The position numbers and the translations under genes were made by a program. Below are positions 12,205 to 21,246 of a stretch of DNA of 64,000 nucleotides, piece after piece. The notes beneath the pieces were generated by a model, which did no database searches, was not told where the DNA came from, and saw only the letters and a list, made by a program, of their open reading frames with translations. Origin of the DNA: Thermoanaerobaculia bacterium (GTDB lineage: Bacteria > Acidobacteriota > Thermoanaerobaculia > UBA5066); NCBI GenBank assembly GCA_963816185.1, contig CAWFJJ010000008.1:256001-320000 (forward strand). The letters are read 5' to 3'. Position 1 is the stretch's first letter; each line of letters begins with the position of its first letter.

Positions 12205-13452
12205 ATGGAAAAACGCTCCGACTCTCCTTACCCGAAGATCGACCGGCCGATCCTGGCGGCCGTCGGCATCCTGCTCGTCGTCTCCTGCGCGCTCTTCGCG
12301 TGGAGCGACCGCGCGCACGACTGGCGCTATTACCAGGCCGCGTTCAAGGCCCAGGTCACGGCGAAGCTCGGAGCCGAGAAGGCGAAGGAGGTGCACGGGG
12401 GCCTCCAGCAGATCTGGGTCGCCGATCTCAGGCGCGCCGACCGCTGCGTCACCTGCCACCAGGCCGCGCTCTGGAAAGGGTTCGAGACGGCCGACGAGCC
12501 GCTGCGCACGCACCCGCCGGAGCCGTTCCGGAACCACCCCATCGAGAAATACGGCTGTACGTCCTGCCACGGCGGGCAGGGCTATGCCGTGGATACCGAA
12601 GAGGCGCACGGGCCCATCGAGCACTGGGAAGAGCCGGTGCTCGGCCGCTCACTCGGAGAAGCGTATTCGCTCGTGGACGACAAGAACGCCGCGATGCAGA
12701 TGAACTGCAACGTGTGCCACCGGTACGACCGCGAGACGAAGGGCGCCGACGCGATCAACCTCGCCAAGAAGCTCGTCGTGGAGAAGGGCTGCCGCGCGTG
12801 TCACGTCGTGAACGGGCGCGGCGGGTCGATCGGACCGGACCTGACGAACGTGGGCGAGAAGGCGGCCGAGCAATACGAATACGGCCGTCTTTCGGGGCAG
12901 AAGACGTCGTTCGCGTGGCACGTCGCGCATTTCAAGGATCCCCGTGCCCTCGTGATCGACACCGTCATGCCGAACTTCCACTTCTCGACGAAAGAGGCCC
13001 AGGCCCTCGCGATGCTCGTTCTCTCGTGGCGGCGCGCGCCGGTGCCGGCCGACTACAGGCCCGGCACGCCCCATACCGATCCGCAGACGGCGGCCGAAGT
13101 CGAAGCCGAAGAGAGGATGAAGACCGGCCCGGGCGCGTGGTTCGTCAAGACGGGCTGTTTCGTCTGCCATTCGATCCAGGCCCTCGGTGTGAAGAGCCCG
13201 GCGCAGATCGGTCCGGACCTGTCCAACGCCGTCGAGGACGTGCAGTCCCGGTTCGGCCGGACCGTCGACGACTTCCTGAGAGAGCCTACGGGAACGATGG
13301 CGGTCGTCCTTTCTCGCCAGATCATCCTGACGCCCGAAGATAAAGCCGTAGCCGTCGGAAAGCTCCGCGAGGCTTTCGCGGAATACCAGAAGCAGAAGGC
13401 CGAAGAAGCGAAGGGCAGGAAGCCCGCCGCCTCGGTCGCTTCATCCCATTGA
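12205..13452 (+). CDS. Membrane-anchored pentaheme cytochrome c
   Basis: N-terminal TM; CVTCH, CTSCH, CNVCH, CRACH, CFVCH. Confidence 0.9.
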   Translation: MEKRSDSPYPKIDRPILAAVGILLVVSCALFAWSDRAHDWRYYQAAFKAQVTAKLGAEKAKEVHGGLQQIWVADLRRADRCVTCHQAALWKGFETADEPLRTHPPEPFRNHPIEKYGCTSCHGGQGYAVDTEEAHGPIEHWEEPVLGRSLGEAYSLVDDKNAAMQMNCNVCHRYDRETKGADAINLAKKLVVEKGCRACHVVNGRGGSIGPDLTNVGEKAAEQYEYGRLSGQKTSFAWHVAHFKDPRALVIDTVMPNFHFSTKEAQALAMLVLSWRRAPVPADYRPGTPHTDPQTAAEVEAEERMKTGPGAWFVKTGCFVCHSIQALGVKSPAQIGPDLSNAVEDVQSRFGRTVDDFLREPTGTMAVVLSRQIILTPEDKAVAVGKLREAFAEYQKQKAEEAKGRKPAASVASSH

Positions 13453-13468
13453 GTCAAGGAGGAAGGGA

Positions 13469-15340
13469 ATGTTAACGACACGGAAGAAGTGGATGAGCTG
13501 GGGAGGGGCCGTCGCGATCGCTGCGGCCGGCCTCCTTGCGTGGCACTGCGCGCCCTCGGCGCCGAAGGGCGCGAAGAAAGGGCCCGCGAACGCGTCGGAC
13601 CAGTCGGTCGCGGCGATGAAGACCTACATCGCCCCGGGGGACCTCGACGAGTACTACTTGTTCTCGTCCGGCGGGCACTCGGGACAGGTGTACGTCTACG
13701 GCGTGCCGTCCATGCGCCATCTCTCGACGATCCCCGTCTTCACGCCGTATCCGGGAATCGGCTATGGGTTCGACGACGAATCGAAGGCGATGCTCGGCGG
13801 CCTGACGTGGGGCGACGCCCACCACCCGGCTCTGTCGGAGACGAACGGCGACTACGACGGCCGCTGGCTCTTCATCAACGACATGAACGGCCGCCTCGCG
13901 CGAATCGACCTCAGGGATTTCAAGACGAAGCAGATCTACGGGCCGGTCCCGAACGTGTCGGGCAACCACTCCGGCTCGTTCGTCACCCCGAACAGCGAGT
14001 ACGCCATGATGGGCTCGCGCTTTTCGATCCCGATCCCGAAGGGAAAGTACCTGCCCCTCGACAAGTACGCGACGGAATGGAAGGGCGTGCTCGCGGCCAT
14101 CAAGATCGACCCGAAGAGCGGCGAGATGTCGCTCGGCTGGCAGATCCTGATGCCGCCCTTCGACTACGACCTCGGCGACGCCGGCAAGAAGGTCTCCGAC
14201 GGCTGGATGTTCTGGACCTGCTACAACGCAGAGCGTGCCACCGGGAAGCTCGAGGTCACGGCCTCGCAGCGCGACCGTGACTACATCGCGGCCGTCGACT
14301 GGCACGCGGCCCAGAAGGCGATCGACGAAGGCAAGGGCGACCTCATCGGCGGCGTGAAGGTTCTCGATCCGAAGAAGGTGCCCGGGATCGTGTGGCTCAT
14401 GCCCTGCGGCAAGTCGCCCCACGGCGTGGACGTCTCGCCCGACGGCAAGTACGTCGTCGGCTCGGGCAAACTCCAGGGCGTCACGACCGTCTTCAACTTC
14501 GAGAAAGTCCAGACGGCGATCCGCAACAAGGACTTCACCGGCGACGAGGACGGCATCCCGGTCCTGAAGTACGAGTCCATCAAGGATGCCGAGGTGCCCG
14601 TCGGCCTCGGACCGCTCCACACGCAGTTCGGACCCGATGGCTACGCGTACACATCCCTCTTCCTCGACAGCGCGATCGCGAAGTGGAAGCTCGGGACGTG
14701 GGAGGTCGTGGACAAGGTCCCGATGTCCTACAACATCGGCCACCTCTGTGCGGCCGAGGGTGACACCTGCTCGCCCAAGGGCAAGTACCTCGTCGGCCTG
14801 AACAAGCTCTCGCACGGCCGGCACCTCTCGGTCGGGCCCGGGCAGCCCGAGTCGTCGCAGCTCGTGGACATCTCCGAGGAGAAGATGAAGCTGATCTACG
14901 ACGCCTTCACCGAGCCGGAGCCGCACTACGCCCAGATGATCGAGGCGAAGAAGCTCCACCCGATCGAGGTCTATCCGAAGGAGGAGAGCAAGAACCCGCT
15001 GGCCATCTGGGACGTCAAGGACGCGGGCGTGACGCGGCAAGGCCCGAACGTCACGGCGAAAGTCGTGCTCGTGCGCTCCACGATCACGCCGCAGGCCATC
15101 GAGGTGAACCAGGGCGACACGGTCAGGATCGCGCTGACGAACATCGAGCAGACGACCGACGAGCTGCACGGCTTCGGCCTGCTCGACTACAACATCAACA
15201 TCGTGTGCGATCCGGGCGAGACGAAGGTCGTCACGTTCAAGGCCGACAAGGCCGGCGTCTATCCCTATTACTGCACGAACTTCTGCTCCGCGCTCCACCA
15301 GGAGATGCAGGGCTACCTGATCGTCAAGCCGAAGGCGTAG
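13469..15340 (+). CDS. nosZ: Nitrous-oxide reductase, clade II (Sec-type)
   Basis: SGGHSGQ, DAHH, GNH, PHG, GPLH, EPH (CuZ) and CTNFCSALHQEM (CuA); no Tat motif. Confidence 0.97.
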   Translation: MLTTRKKWMSWGGAVAIAAAGLLAWHCAPSAPKGAKKGPANASDQSVAAMKTYIAPGDLDEYYLFSSGGHSGQVYVYGVPSMRHLSTIPVFTPYPGIGYGFDDESKAMLGGLTWGDAHHPALSETNGDYDGRWLFINDMNGRLARIDLRDFKTKQIYGPVPNVSGNHSGSFVTPNSEYAMMGSRFSIPIPKGKYLPLDKYATEWKGVLAAIKIDPKSGEMSLGWQILMPPFDYDLGDAGKKVSDGWMFWTCYNAERATGKLEVTASQRDRDYIAAVDWHAAQKAIDEGKGDLIGGVKVLDPKKVPGIVWLMPCGKSPHGVDVSPDGKYVVGSGKLQGVTTVFNFEKVQTAIRNKDFTGDEDGIPVLKYESIKDAEVPVGLGPLHTQFGPDGYAYTSLFLDSAIAKWKLGTWEVVDKVPMSYNIGHLCAAEGDTCSPKGKYLVGLNKLSHGRHLSVGPGQPESSQLVDISEEKMKLIYDAFTEPEPHYAQMIEAKKLHPIEVYPKEESKNPLAIWDVKDAGVTRQGPNVTAKVVLVRSTITPQAIEVNQGDTVRIALTNIEQTTDELHGFGLLDYNINIVCDPGETKVVTFKADKAGVYPYYCTNFCSALHQEMQGYLIVKPKA

Positions 15341-15345
15341 GGGAA

Positions 15346-15990
15346 ATGAAAGCCATCTTCGAAAAGAGCAACCGTTTTCTCGAACTCCCCCTGGACCTCG
15401 GTCCGCGCGGCCTCCTCGTCGTGGCCGTGCTCCTCCTCGTGCCCTCGTATCTCTTTCCGCTCTGGAACCTGACGATGTTCGCGCCGCAGTACCGGGACGG
15501 CCTGAGGATGCACATCTACAGCTGGAAGCTCGAGGGCGGGAACGCCGGCCACGACATCACGGAGATCAACGTCCTGAACCATTACATCGGTATGCGCGAC
15601 CTCTCGCCCGCCGACTTCACCGAGTTCAAGTGGATCCCGTTCGTCGTCGGTATCGTGGGCCTCCTGATGCTGCGGACGGCCGTCCTCGGGAAGATGTCGC
15701 ATCTCGTCGACAACGTCGTCCTGTATCTCTACTTCGGGGCGTTCTCTCTTTGGTCGTTCGGGTTCAAGCTGTGGACTTACGGCCACAACCTCTCGCCGAC
15801 CGCGGCGGTCAAGATCGCGCCGTTCATGCCGCCGATGTTCGGGTACAGGAAGCTCGCGAACTTCGAGATCTATTCGTATCCGGGCCCCGGGTCGTACGCG
15901 CTCGGCCTCGTCGCGGTCGTCCTCGTTGCGGCGATGGCGCTCGCCTGGCGAGAGGGCAGGCGCGCGTCCGCGCGCACGCCTGGATCCTGA
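15346..15990 (+). CDS. nosB: NosB membrane protein of clade II nos clusters
   Basis: PLW...APQY..GL, INVLNHYIGM, YGHNL..TAA, PP..G.K..NF. Confidence 0.88.
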   Translation: MKAIFEKSNRFLELPLDLGPRGLLVVAVLLLVPSYLFPLWNLTMFAPQYRDGLRMHIYSWKLEGGNAGHDITEINVLNHYIGMRDLSPADFTEFKWIPFVVGIVGLLMLRTAVLGKMSHLVDNVVLYLYFGAFSLWSFGFKLWTYGHNLSPTAAVKIAPFMPPMFGYRKLANFEIYSYPGPGSYALGLVAVVLVAAMALAWREGRRASARTPGS

Positions 15991-17348
15991 TGATCGCCCT
16001 GCCCCTCGTCCTCCTCCTGCAGATCACCGGCGACATGGCGCCCGTGACGCCGGGAGGGCTCGAGGGACGTCCGCCCGCGGCGGAGGCCTCCCCGTTGCAG
16101 GTCCGGGTGGACCGAGCGGCGCCGGGAGAGACGGTCGTCGTCTTGCCCGGGTCTTTCGTGGGCGATCTCGTTCTCGACCGTCCCATTCATCTCGTGGGAG
16201 TGGGGCGGCCACGGCTCGTCGGATCCGGGAAGGGGAGCGTCGTGCGCGTGCGCGCGGACGGCGTGACTCTCGAGGGCTTCGACATCGACGGCGTGAAGGG
16301 CGGGGACCTCGCTAGGGACTCCTCGGGCGTCCACATCGCGGCCCGGAACGTCGTCGTGCGCGACTGCCGCATCTCGGACGCGCTCTTCGGCATCTACCTG
16401 CGGCAGGCGGACGGCGCGCGCGTGGAGAGCTGCCGCATCCGGGGAATCCACGGACGGGATCCGGGAGAGAAAGGCTCCGGCCTCCACGTCTGGGACACGA
16501 AAGGGTTCACGTTCGAGGACAACGTGATCGAGGACGTGCGCGACGGTTTCTACATCCAGTCCTCCTCGGGCGGGACGATCGTCCGCAACACGGCACGCGA
16601 CCTCCGGTACGGCCTCCACTACATGTTCTCGGACGACAACACTTTCGAGGAGAACACCTTCGAGAACGGCGCGGCCGGCACGGCGCTCATGTACAGCAAG
16701 CGCATCGTCTTCCGCCGGAACCGGTTTCTGAAGAACCGCGGCTTCGCGTCGGTGGGGCTGCTCTTCAAGACCTGCGACGACGTCCTCGCCGAGGACAACC
16801 TCATCGCCGACAACGCGCGCGGGATCTTTCTCGAAGGCTCGTACCGCAACGTCTTCCGGAGGAACGTCGTCGCCCTCTCCGACGCCGCGATCGTCCTCTA
16901 CGACTCCTGCGGCCAGAACCGTTTCGAGGGCAACTCGTTCGTCGGAAACCTTGCGCCGCTCGCTCTCGTGGGACACCGCACGGACACCGTCTTCGACGGC
17001 AACTACTGGTCGGACAACGACGAGCCGGACCTCGACGGCGACGGCATCTCGGACCGGCCTTTCCCTCTTTCCAACGTCTTCGACCACCTGCGCGGAAACC
17101 TGACCGCTGCCGACCTCTTTTCGCGAAGCCTCGCGGCGCGGGCCCTCGGAGCGGCTGAGCGCGGATTCCCCGTGCTGAGAGCGGTCGAGGTCTTCGACCG
17201 CACTCCCCTTGCCCATCCGCCCGCGCTCCCTCGCGTTCCGCATCAGGACCGTCCGGCGGCTTCCCACGGTGCGTTCGCGCTCGCGATGTCGGGCCTTTCG
17301 CTGCTCGGCGGGGGCGGCGTGCTTTTCGCCGGGCGGAGGCGCGCGTGA
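15990..17348 (+). CDS. nosD: Nitrous oxide reductase maturation protein NosD
   Basis: Beta-helix repeats, LRYGLHYMFS, GNYWSD, DLDGDGISD. Confidence 0.92.
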   Translation: MIALPLVLLLQITGDMAPVTPGGLEGRPPAAEASPLQVRVDRAAPGETVVVLPGSFVGDLVLDRPIHLVGVGRPRLVGSGKGSVVRVRADGVTLEGFDIDGVKGGDLARDSSGVHIAARNVVVRDCRISDALFGIYLRQADGARVESCRIRGIHGRDPGEKGSGLHVWDTKGFTFEDNVIEDVRDGFYIQSSSGGTIVRNTARDLRYGLHYMFSDDNTFEENTFENGAAGTALMYSKRIVFRRNRFLKNRGFASVGLLFKTCDDVLAEDNLIADNARGIFLEGSYRNVFRRNVVALSDAAIVLYDSCGQNRFEGNSFVGNLAPLALVGHRTDTVFDGNYWSDNDEPDLDGDGISDRPFPLSNVFDHLRGNLTAADLFSRSLAARALGAAERGFPVLRAVEVFDRTPLAHPPALPRVPHQDRPAASHGAFALAMSGLSLLGGGGVLFAGRRRA

Positions 17349-18085
17349 TCCGCTTCGAATCGTTCTCGAAGAGCTTCGGCGCGCAGCGCGCCGTCTCCGA
17401 CCTGACCGTCGCGATCGAGCCCGGCGAGATCGTGGCGCTCCTGGGGCCGAACGGCTCGGGAAAGACGACCTCGCTGAAGGCCGCTGCGGGCCTCATCCAC
17501 CCGACGAAGGGCAGAGTCGTCGTGGGAGAGGCAGGGCTGCCGGCGACCGTGCCTGCGGCGCGCCGCACACTCTCCTTCCTTCCGCAGAAAGTCACTTTTC
17601 CCGATTCCCTGACGGGACGCGAGGTGCTGGATTTCTATCGCGCGCTGCGCGGCGTGGATTCCCGCCGCGTGGACGAGGTGCTGAAGATGGCCTCGTTGAA
17701 CGGGGCCGCGGGGCGCGCCGTGGGCACGTACTCCGGCGGCATGACGCAGCGGCTCGGGCTCGCGGTCGCTGCGCTGCCCGACACGGCGGTCCTCCTCCTC
17801 GACGAGCCGACCGCCGCCCTGGACCCCGACGGGCTCTGCGCATTCTATGGCCTGGCCGTCGCGCGCCGTCGCGAGGGAAAGACCGTTCTGTTCACGACGC
17901 ATCAGCTCGGGGACGTGGAGCGCCTCGCGGACCGCGTCGGCGTCCTCGTGGAGGGAAAGCTCGCCGCCCTCCTGACGCGCCGCGAGCTCGAAGACTGGCT
18001 CGGCGCACACGGCTTCCCGCTCGTACAGACCGGGACGAGCCCTCTCGAAAGTCTTTACCGCGAGCTCGTGGGAGGTCACGCGTGA
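17345..18085 (+). CDS. nosF: ABC transporter ATP-binding protein NosF
   Basis: GPNGSGKT, YSGGMTQR, LLLDEP; position in nos cluster. Confidence 0.88.
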   Translation: MIRFESFSKSFGAQRAVSDLTVAIEPGEIVALLGPNGSGKTTSLKAAAGLIHPTKGRVVVGEAGLPATVPAARRTLSFLPQKVTFPDSLTGREVLDFYRALRGVDSRRVDEVLKMASLNGAAGRAVGTYSGGMTQRLGLAVAALPDTAVLLLDEPTAALDPDGLCAFYGLAVARRREGKTVLFTTHQLGDVERLADRVGVLVEGKLAALLTRRELEDWLGAHGFPLVQTGTSPLESLYRELVGGHA

Positions 18086-18540
18086 GGCTTCGCGGCGGGC
18101 TCGTGGTCCTCGCGCTCGCTCTCTTTGCGGCCTGCGCGCGCGGACCTGTTGCGCCCGCCGCGCTCGACACGAAGAACGAGAGCTGCGGCTGGTGCCGCAT
18201 GGCGGTCTCGGACGCTCGTTTCGCCGCGCAGCTCGTGTCGCCGTCCGAGGAGCCCCGCTTTTTCGACGACGTCGGCTGTCTCACGACGTTCCTGAAGTCC
18301 GGCGGCGCGCCGGCGAAGGGCCAGATCGCGTACGTGGCCGACCACCGGACGAAGGCCTGGGTGCGCGCGTCGACCGCGGTCTACACGAAGAAGCCGGGCC
18401 TCGAAACGCCGATGGGATCGGGCCTCGTCGCGCACGCCGATGCGGCCTCCCGGGATGCGGATCCGGATGCCGCCGGAGGAGCTCCGGCGAGTGCCCGCGA
18501 CGTCTTCGGGCCGAACGGTGTCCCGGACGGTGGCCGATGA
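18082..18540 (+). CDS. nosL: Copper chaperone lipoprotein NosL
   Basis: GTG start, lipobox FAAC, CGWCRM, FDDVGC, TPMGSG. Confidence 0.88.
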   Translation: MRLRGGLVVLALALFAACARGPVAPAALDTKNESCGWCRMAVSDARFAAQLVSPSEEPRFFDDVGCLTTFLKSGGAPAKGQIAYVADHRTKAWVRASTAVYTKKPGLETPMGSGLVAHADAASRDADPDAAGGAPASARDVFGPNGVPDGGR

Positions 18541-19394
18541 ATGGCTCGCTCGGCTCGCTCGGCTCGTTCGGCCCCTTCGCCCTCTGCGCGCGGCAGGAGC
18601 TCCTTCTCGCGGTGCGTTCGCGCTGGACGCAGATTTTCGCGGCCGTCTTCGCGGCGCTCGCGCTCGGCGTGGCCTCCTCGGGGTACGTGCTCTCCGGAGG
18701 TCACGGCGTGCAGGATTTCGCGCGCACGACGGCCTCCCTCGTCGAGCTGGTCCTGCTCCTCGTGCCCCTGACGGCCCTTCTGATCGGGGTCCTGTCGCTC
18801 GCGCCCGAGCGAGGCGCGGCGGAGCTCCTCTTCTCGCAGCCCGTCTCCCGGCGCGCGATCCTCCTCGGGAAGACGGCCGGCCTTTTCGTCGCGCTTTCGG
18901 CGGCGCAGGCCCTCGGGTTCGGCTCGGCCGGCCTCGTCATCTTCTCGCAGGCGGGCGGCGAGGGCCTTCCGGGCTTCGGCCTTCTCGTTCTCGGGTCATT
19001 CGTCCTCACGGCCGTCTTCCTCGGGCTGGCGGCGCTCGTCTCCGCCGGTGCCGTGGGACGCCGGACGCGCGCCCTCGCGATCGCGCTCGTCCTGTGGTTC
19101 TTTGCAGTCGTCCTCTTCGACGTGGCCGCGCTCGGAGCGGCGTCCCTCCTTCCGTCCGGCCCGGCGTCGCGCGTCCTCATCGTCTCGGTGCTCGTGAACC
19201 CAGCGGACGCGGTCCGGACCGGCGCGCTTCTCGGCCTCGAGGGAAGCGGCGCGTTCGGCGCGGCGTCCCTCGCGCTCCTCAGGTTCACGAAGGGCCCCAC
19301 GGGCGCCGGAATCCTGCTCGTCTCGTCCCTGCTTCTCTGGCTGGTGGTGCCGGCGCTCCTCGCCGCGCGGAGGCTCGGGAAAGCCGACCTCTGA
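18537..19394 (+). CDS. nosY: ABC permease NosY
   Basis: 6 TM segments, ELLFSQPVSR, NPADAVR; follows nosFL. Confidence 0.88.
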   Translation: MNGSLGSLGSFGPFALCARQELLLAVRSRWTQIFAAVFAALALGVASSGYVLSGGHGVQDFARTTASLVELVLLLVPLTALLIGVLSLAPERGAAELLFSQPVSRRAILLGKTAGLFVALSAAQALGFGSAGLVIFSQAGGEGLPGFGLLVLGSFVLTAVFLGLAALVSAGAVGRRTRALAIALVLWFFAVVLFDVAALGAASLLPSGPASRVLIVSVLVNPADAVRTGALLGLEGSGAFGAASLALLRFTKGPTGAGILLVSSLLLWLVVPALLAARRLGKADL

Positions 19395-19434
19395 GATTTC
19401 CGGAATTCTCCGTGAGAGAGCCCCGGCGAATGGC

Positions 19435-20007
19435 TCACTCCCCGCCCGAGGTCGTCTCGACGTCCTCCGCGGGGTAGCGCAATGTCCCGTCAGCCATGAC
19501 GCTCACACCGGGAGTGAGCGTCGCCGGGATGACTTGGCCAGGTCCCATGATGTGCTCGACACGCGTTCCGCCGGCCAACAGGTAATCCGTGATGATCCGG
19601 CGATGACAGCGCCACCACACTGCTTCGGCGCACATGATCGCGCCCCGATGATCGCGCGTGAGCGCGCACAAGTCGTCCAGACCGGCGCGGAATTCGTCAG
19701 TCTCCGCGTAGTCGGCGTAATTCCTGAACGCCGCGACGCGCCAGTAGATGTTGAGCGAGGGCGACGCGCCTTTGCGATGATGACGTCGGCCGCCGAGCGC
19801 GTGCAGATGCCGGTAGCCGATGCCATCGGCGGCGAGGGAGTCCGGGAGCGTCTCTTCATTGAACTGCGGCGCCGCTCGCGAGCGCGGGATCGAGCGCACG
19901 TCCACGAGCAGCGTGACGTCCACCTGCCGTAAGAGCGACACGAAGTCTGCGAGGCTCCGCGTGGAGTGGCCGATGGTGAAGACGATATCGCCCGCCAGGC
20001 GATTCAC
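19435..20007 (-). CDS. DUF488 family protein
   Basis: FTIGHSTR, DVRSIPRSR..PQF, MCAEAVWWRCHR. Confidence 0.88.
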   Translation of the reverse strand: MNRLAGDIVFTIGHSTRSLADFVSLLRQVDVTLLVDVRSIPRSRAAPQFNEETLPDSLAADGIGYRHLHALGGRRHHRKGASPSLNIYWRVAAFRNYADYAETDEFRAGLDDLCALTRDHRGAIMCAEAVWWRCHRRIITDYLLAGGTRVEHIMGPGQVIPATLTPGVSVMADGTLRYPAEDVETTSGGE

Positions 20008-20492
20008 TTCCGGGGTGTTCGCTTCTCTTGCGGGGCCGGCTGGTAGATGCCGGGCGGGGCGCGGAAGGGGATCGCGAGCCGGTTCCAGGCGTTGATCGCC
20101 ACGACCACCCAGTTGAGGTCGACGAGCTCCTTTTCGGAGAAGTGCTGCCGCGCCTCCTCGTACACCTCGTCCGGCACGTGCGTTTCGGAGACCCGCGTGA
20201 CGGACTCGGTCCAGGCCAGGGCGGCCCGTTCACGCGGGGAGTAGAAGGAGGATTCTCGCCAGGCATCGAGCAGATAGAGGCGCTGCTCTGTCTCGCCGGC
20301 GGCCCGGGCGTCCTTCGTGTGCATGTCGATGCAATAGGCGCAGCCGTTGATCTGGGACGCACGCAGCTTGACGAGCTCGATCAGAGAGCGCGAAAGCCCG
20401 CAGCGGTGGAGGTAGCTCTCGAGAGCCAACATCGTTTCGTACGCCTCCGGAGCCGTCGCATGAGCATCGATCCTTGGCTGCGTGTGGTCCAT
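20004..20492 (-). CDS. Carboxymuconolactone decarboxylase/AhpD-like protein
   Basis: ELVKLRASQINGCAYCIDMH, INAWNRL. Confidence 0.9.
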   Translation of the reverse strand: MDHTQPRIDAHATAPEAYETMLALESYLHRCGLSRSLIELVKLRASQINGCAYCIDMHTKDARAAGETEQRLYLLDAWRESSFYSPRERAALAWTESVTRVSETHVPDEVYEEARQHFSEKELVDLNWVVVAINAWNRLAIPFRAPPGIYQPAPQEKRTPRK

Positions 20493-20560
20493 GTCGATCC
20501 TCCGGCTGCGCTTCCACCGATGCGCAAGGCGAGTCTCTCACTCCGGCTCAGCGTCCGCCC

Positions 20561-21214
20561 TCACTTCACGAATTTCTTCGGGAACTGCTTGACGATTCCG
20601 CTCGTCAGCACATCGGCGAACATGAGCATGTGCGCGTGGCCTTTGTCGTAGGCCCCGATGTCGGCCGGCCAGTCCTTCTTGAGCCTCGAGACGACCTCGG
20701 TCGTCGTGAAGTCGAGGTGTTTGTAGAGCATGTCCGTCAGGACGGCTTTCGGCCAGTTGGGATTAGCGCCGCTCAGGAAGGTGGCGATCTCGTCCCCATT
20801 GGCGTGCCAGCGCTTCTCCCCGTTGGCCACGCCGTCGTCGTTGCCGGCCTTGGCTGCCTTCACGATGTCCGCGGCGATGAGGATGTGATCCCGGAGCAGA
20901 GACGCCAGTTTCTTACCCGCCGCTTCTCCGTAGAACGGCTTGACGGCATCGCCGATGTCGTCCTGGTTTCGGAGAAGCCGTTCCGCCACCTTGTCGGTAT
21001 CGCCAAGATCAGCCAAGGCGCTGATGATGAAGTTCCTCGTGTAGACGATGTGCTCTTCCCAGAGCTGGCGCATCGCGTTTCGGAGATCCACGGCCGAGGC
21101 GGTGTGGCTCATCGCGTCCGCTTTCATGTGCTCGTCGGCCCGGACCGGCGCCGCGAGAACGACTCCTGCAAGCACGACGGACGCGAAGATTCCTGTTGAA
21201 CGGATACGCTTCAT
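20561..21214 (-). CDS. Secreted helical His-patterned hypothetical protein
   Basis: Signal peptide (VRA-DE); LWEEH, LLRDH, LYKH, HAHM helices. Confidence 0.75.
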   Translation of the reverse strand: MKRIRSTGIFASVVLAGVVLAAPVRADEHMKADAMSHTASAVDLRNAMRQLWEEHIVYTRNFIISALADLGDTDKVAERLLRNQDDIGDAVKPFYGEAAGKKLASLLRDHILIAADIVKAAKAGNDDGVANGEKRWHANGDEIATFLSGANPNWPKAVLTDMLYKHLDFTTTEVVSRLKKDWPADIGAYDKGHAHMLMFADVLTSGIVKQFPKKFVK

Positions 21215-21246
21215 GGTCGTGTCCTCCTTCTTTCGTAAGCCTCGGA

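Noticed and set aside
18543-18569. 9-bp tandem repeat (GGCTCGCTC x3, last copy imperfect) at the nosY start
   Set aside because: In-frame and short; no sign of a phase-variation role.
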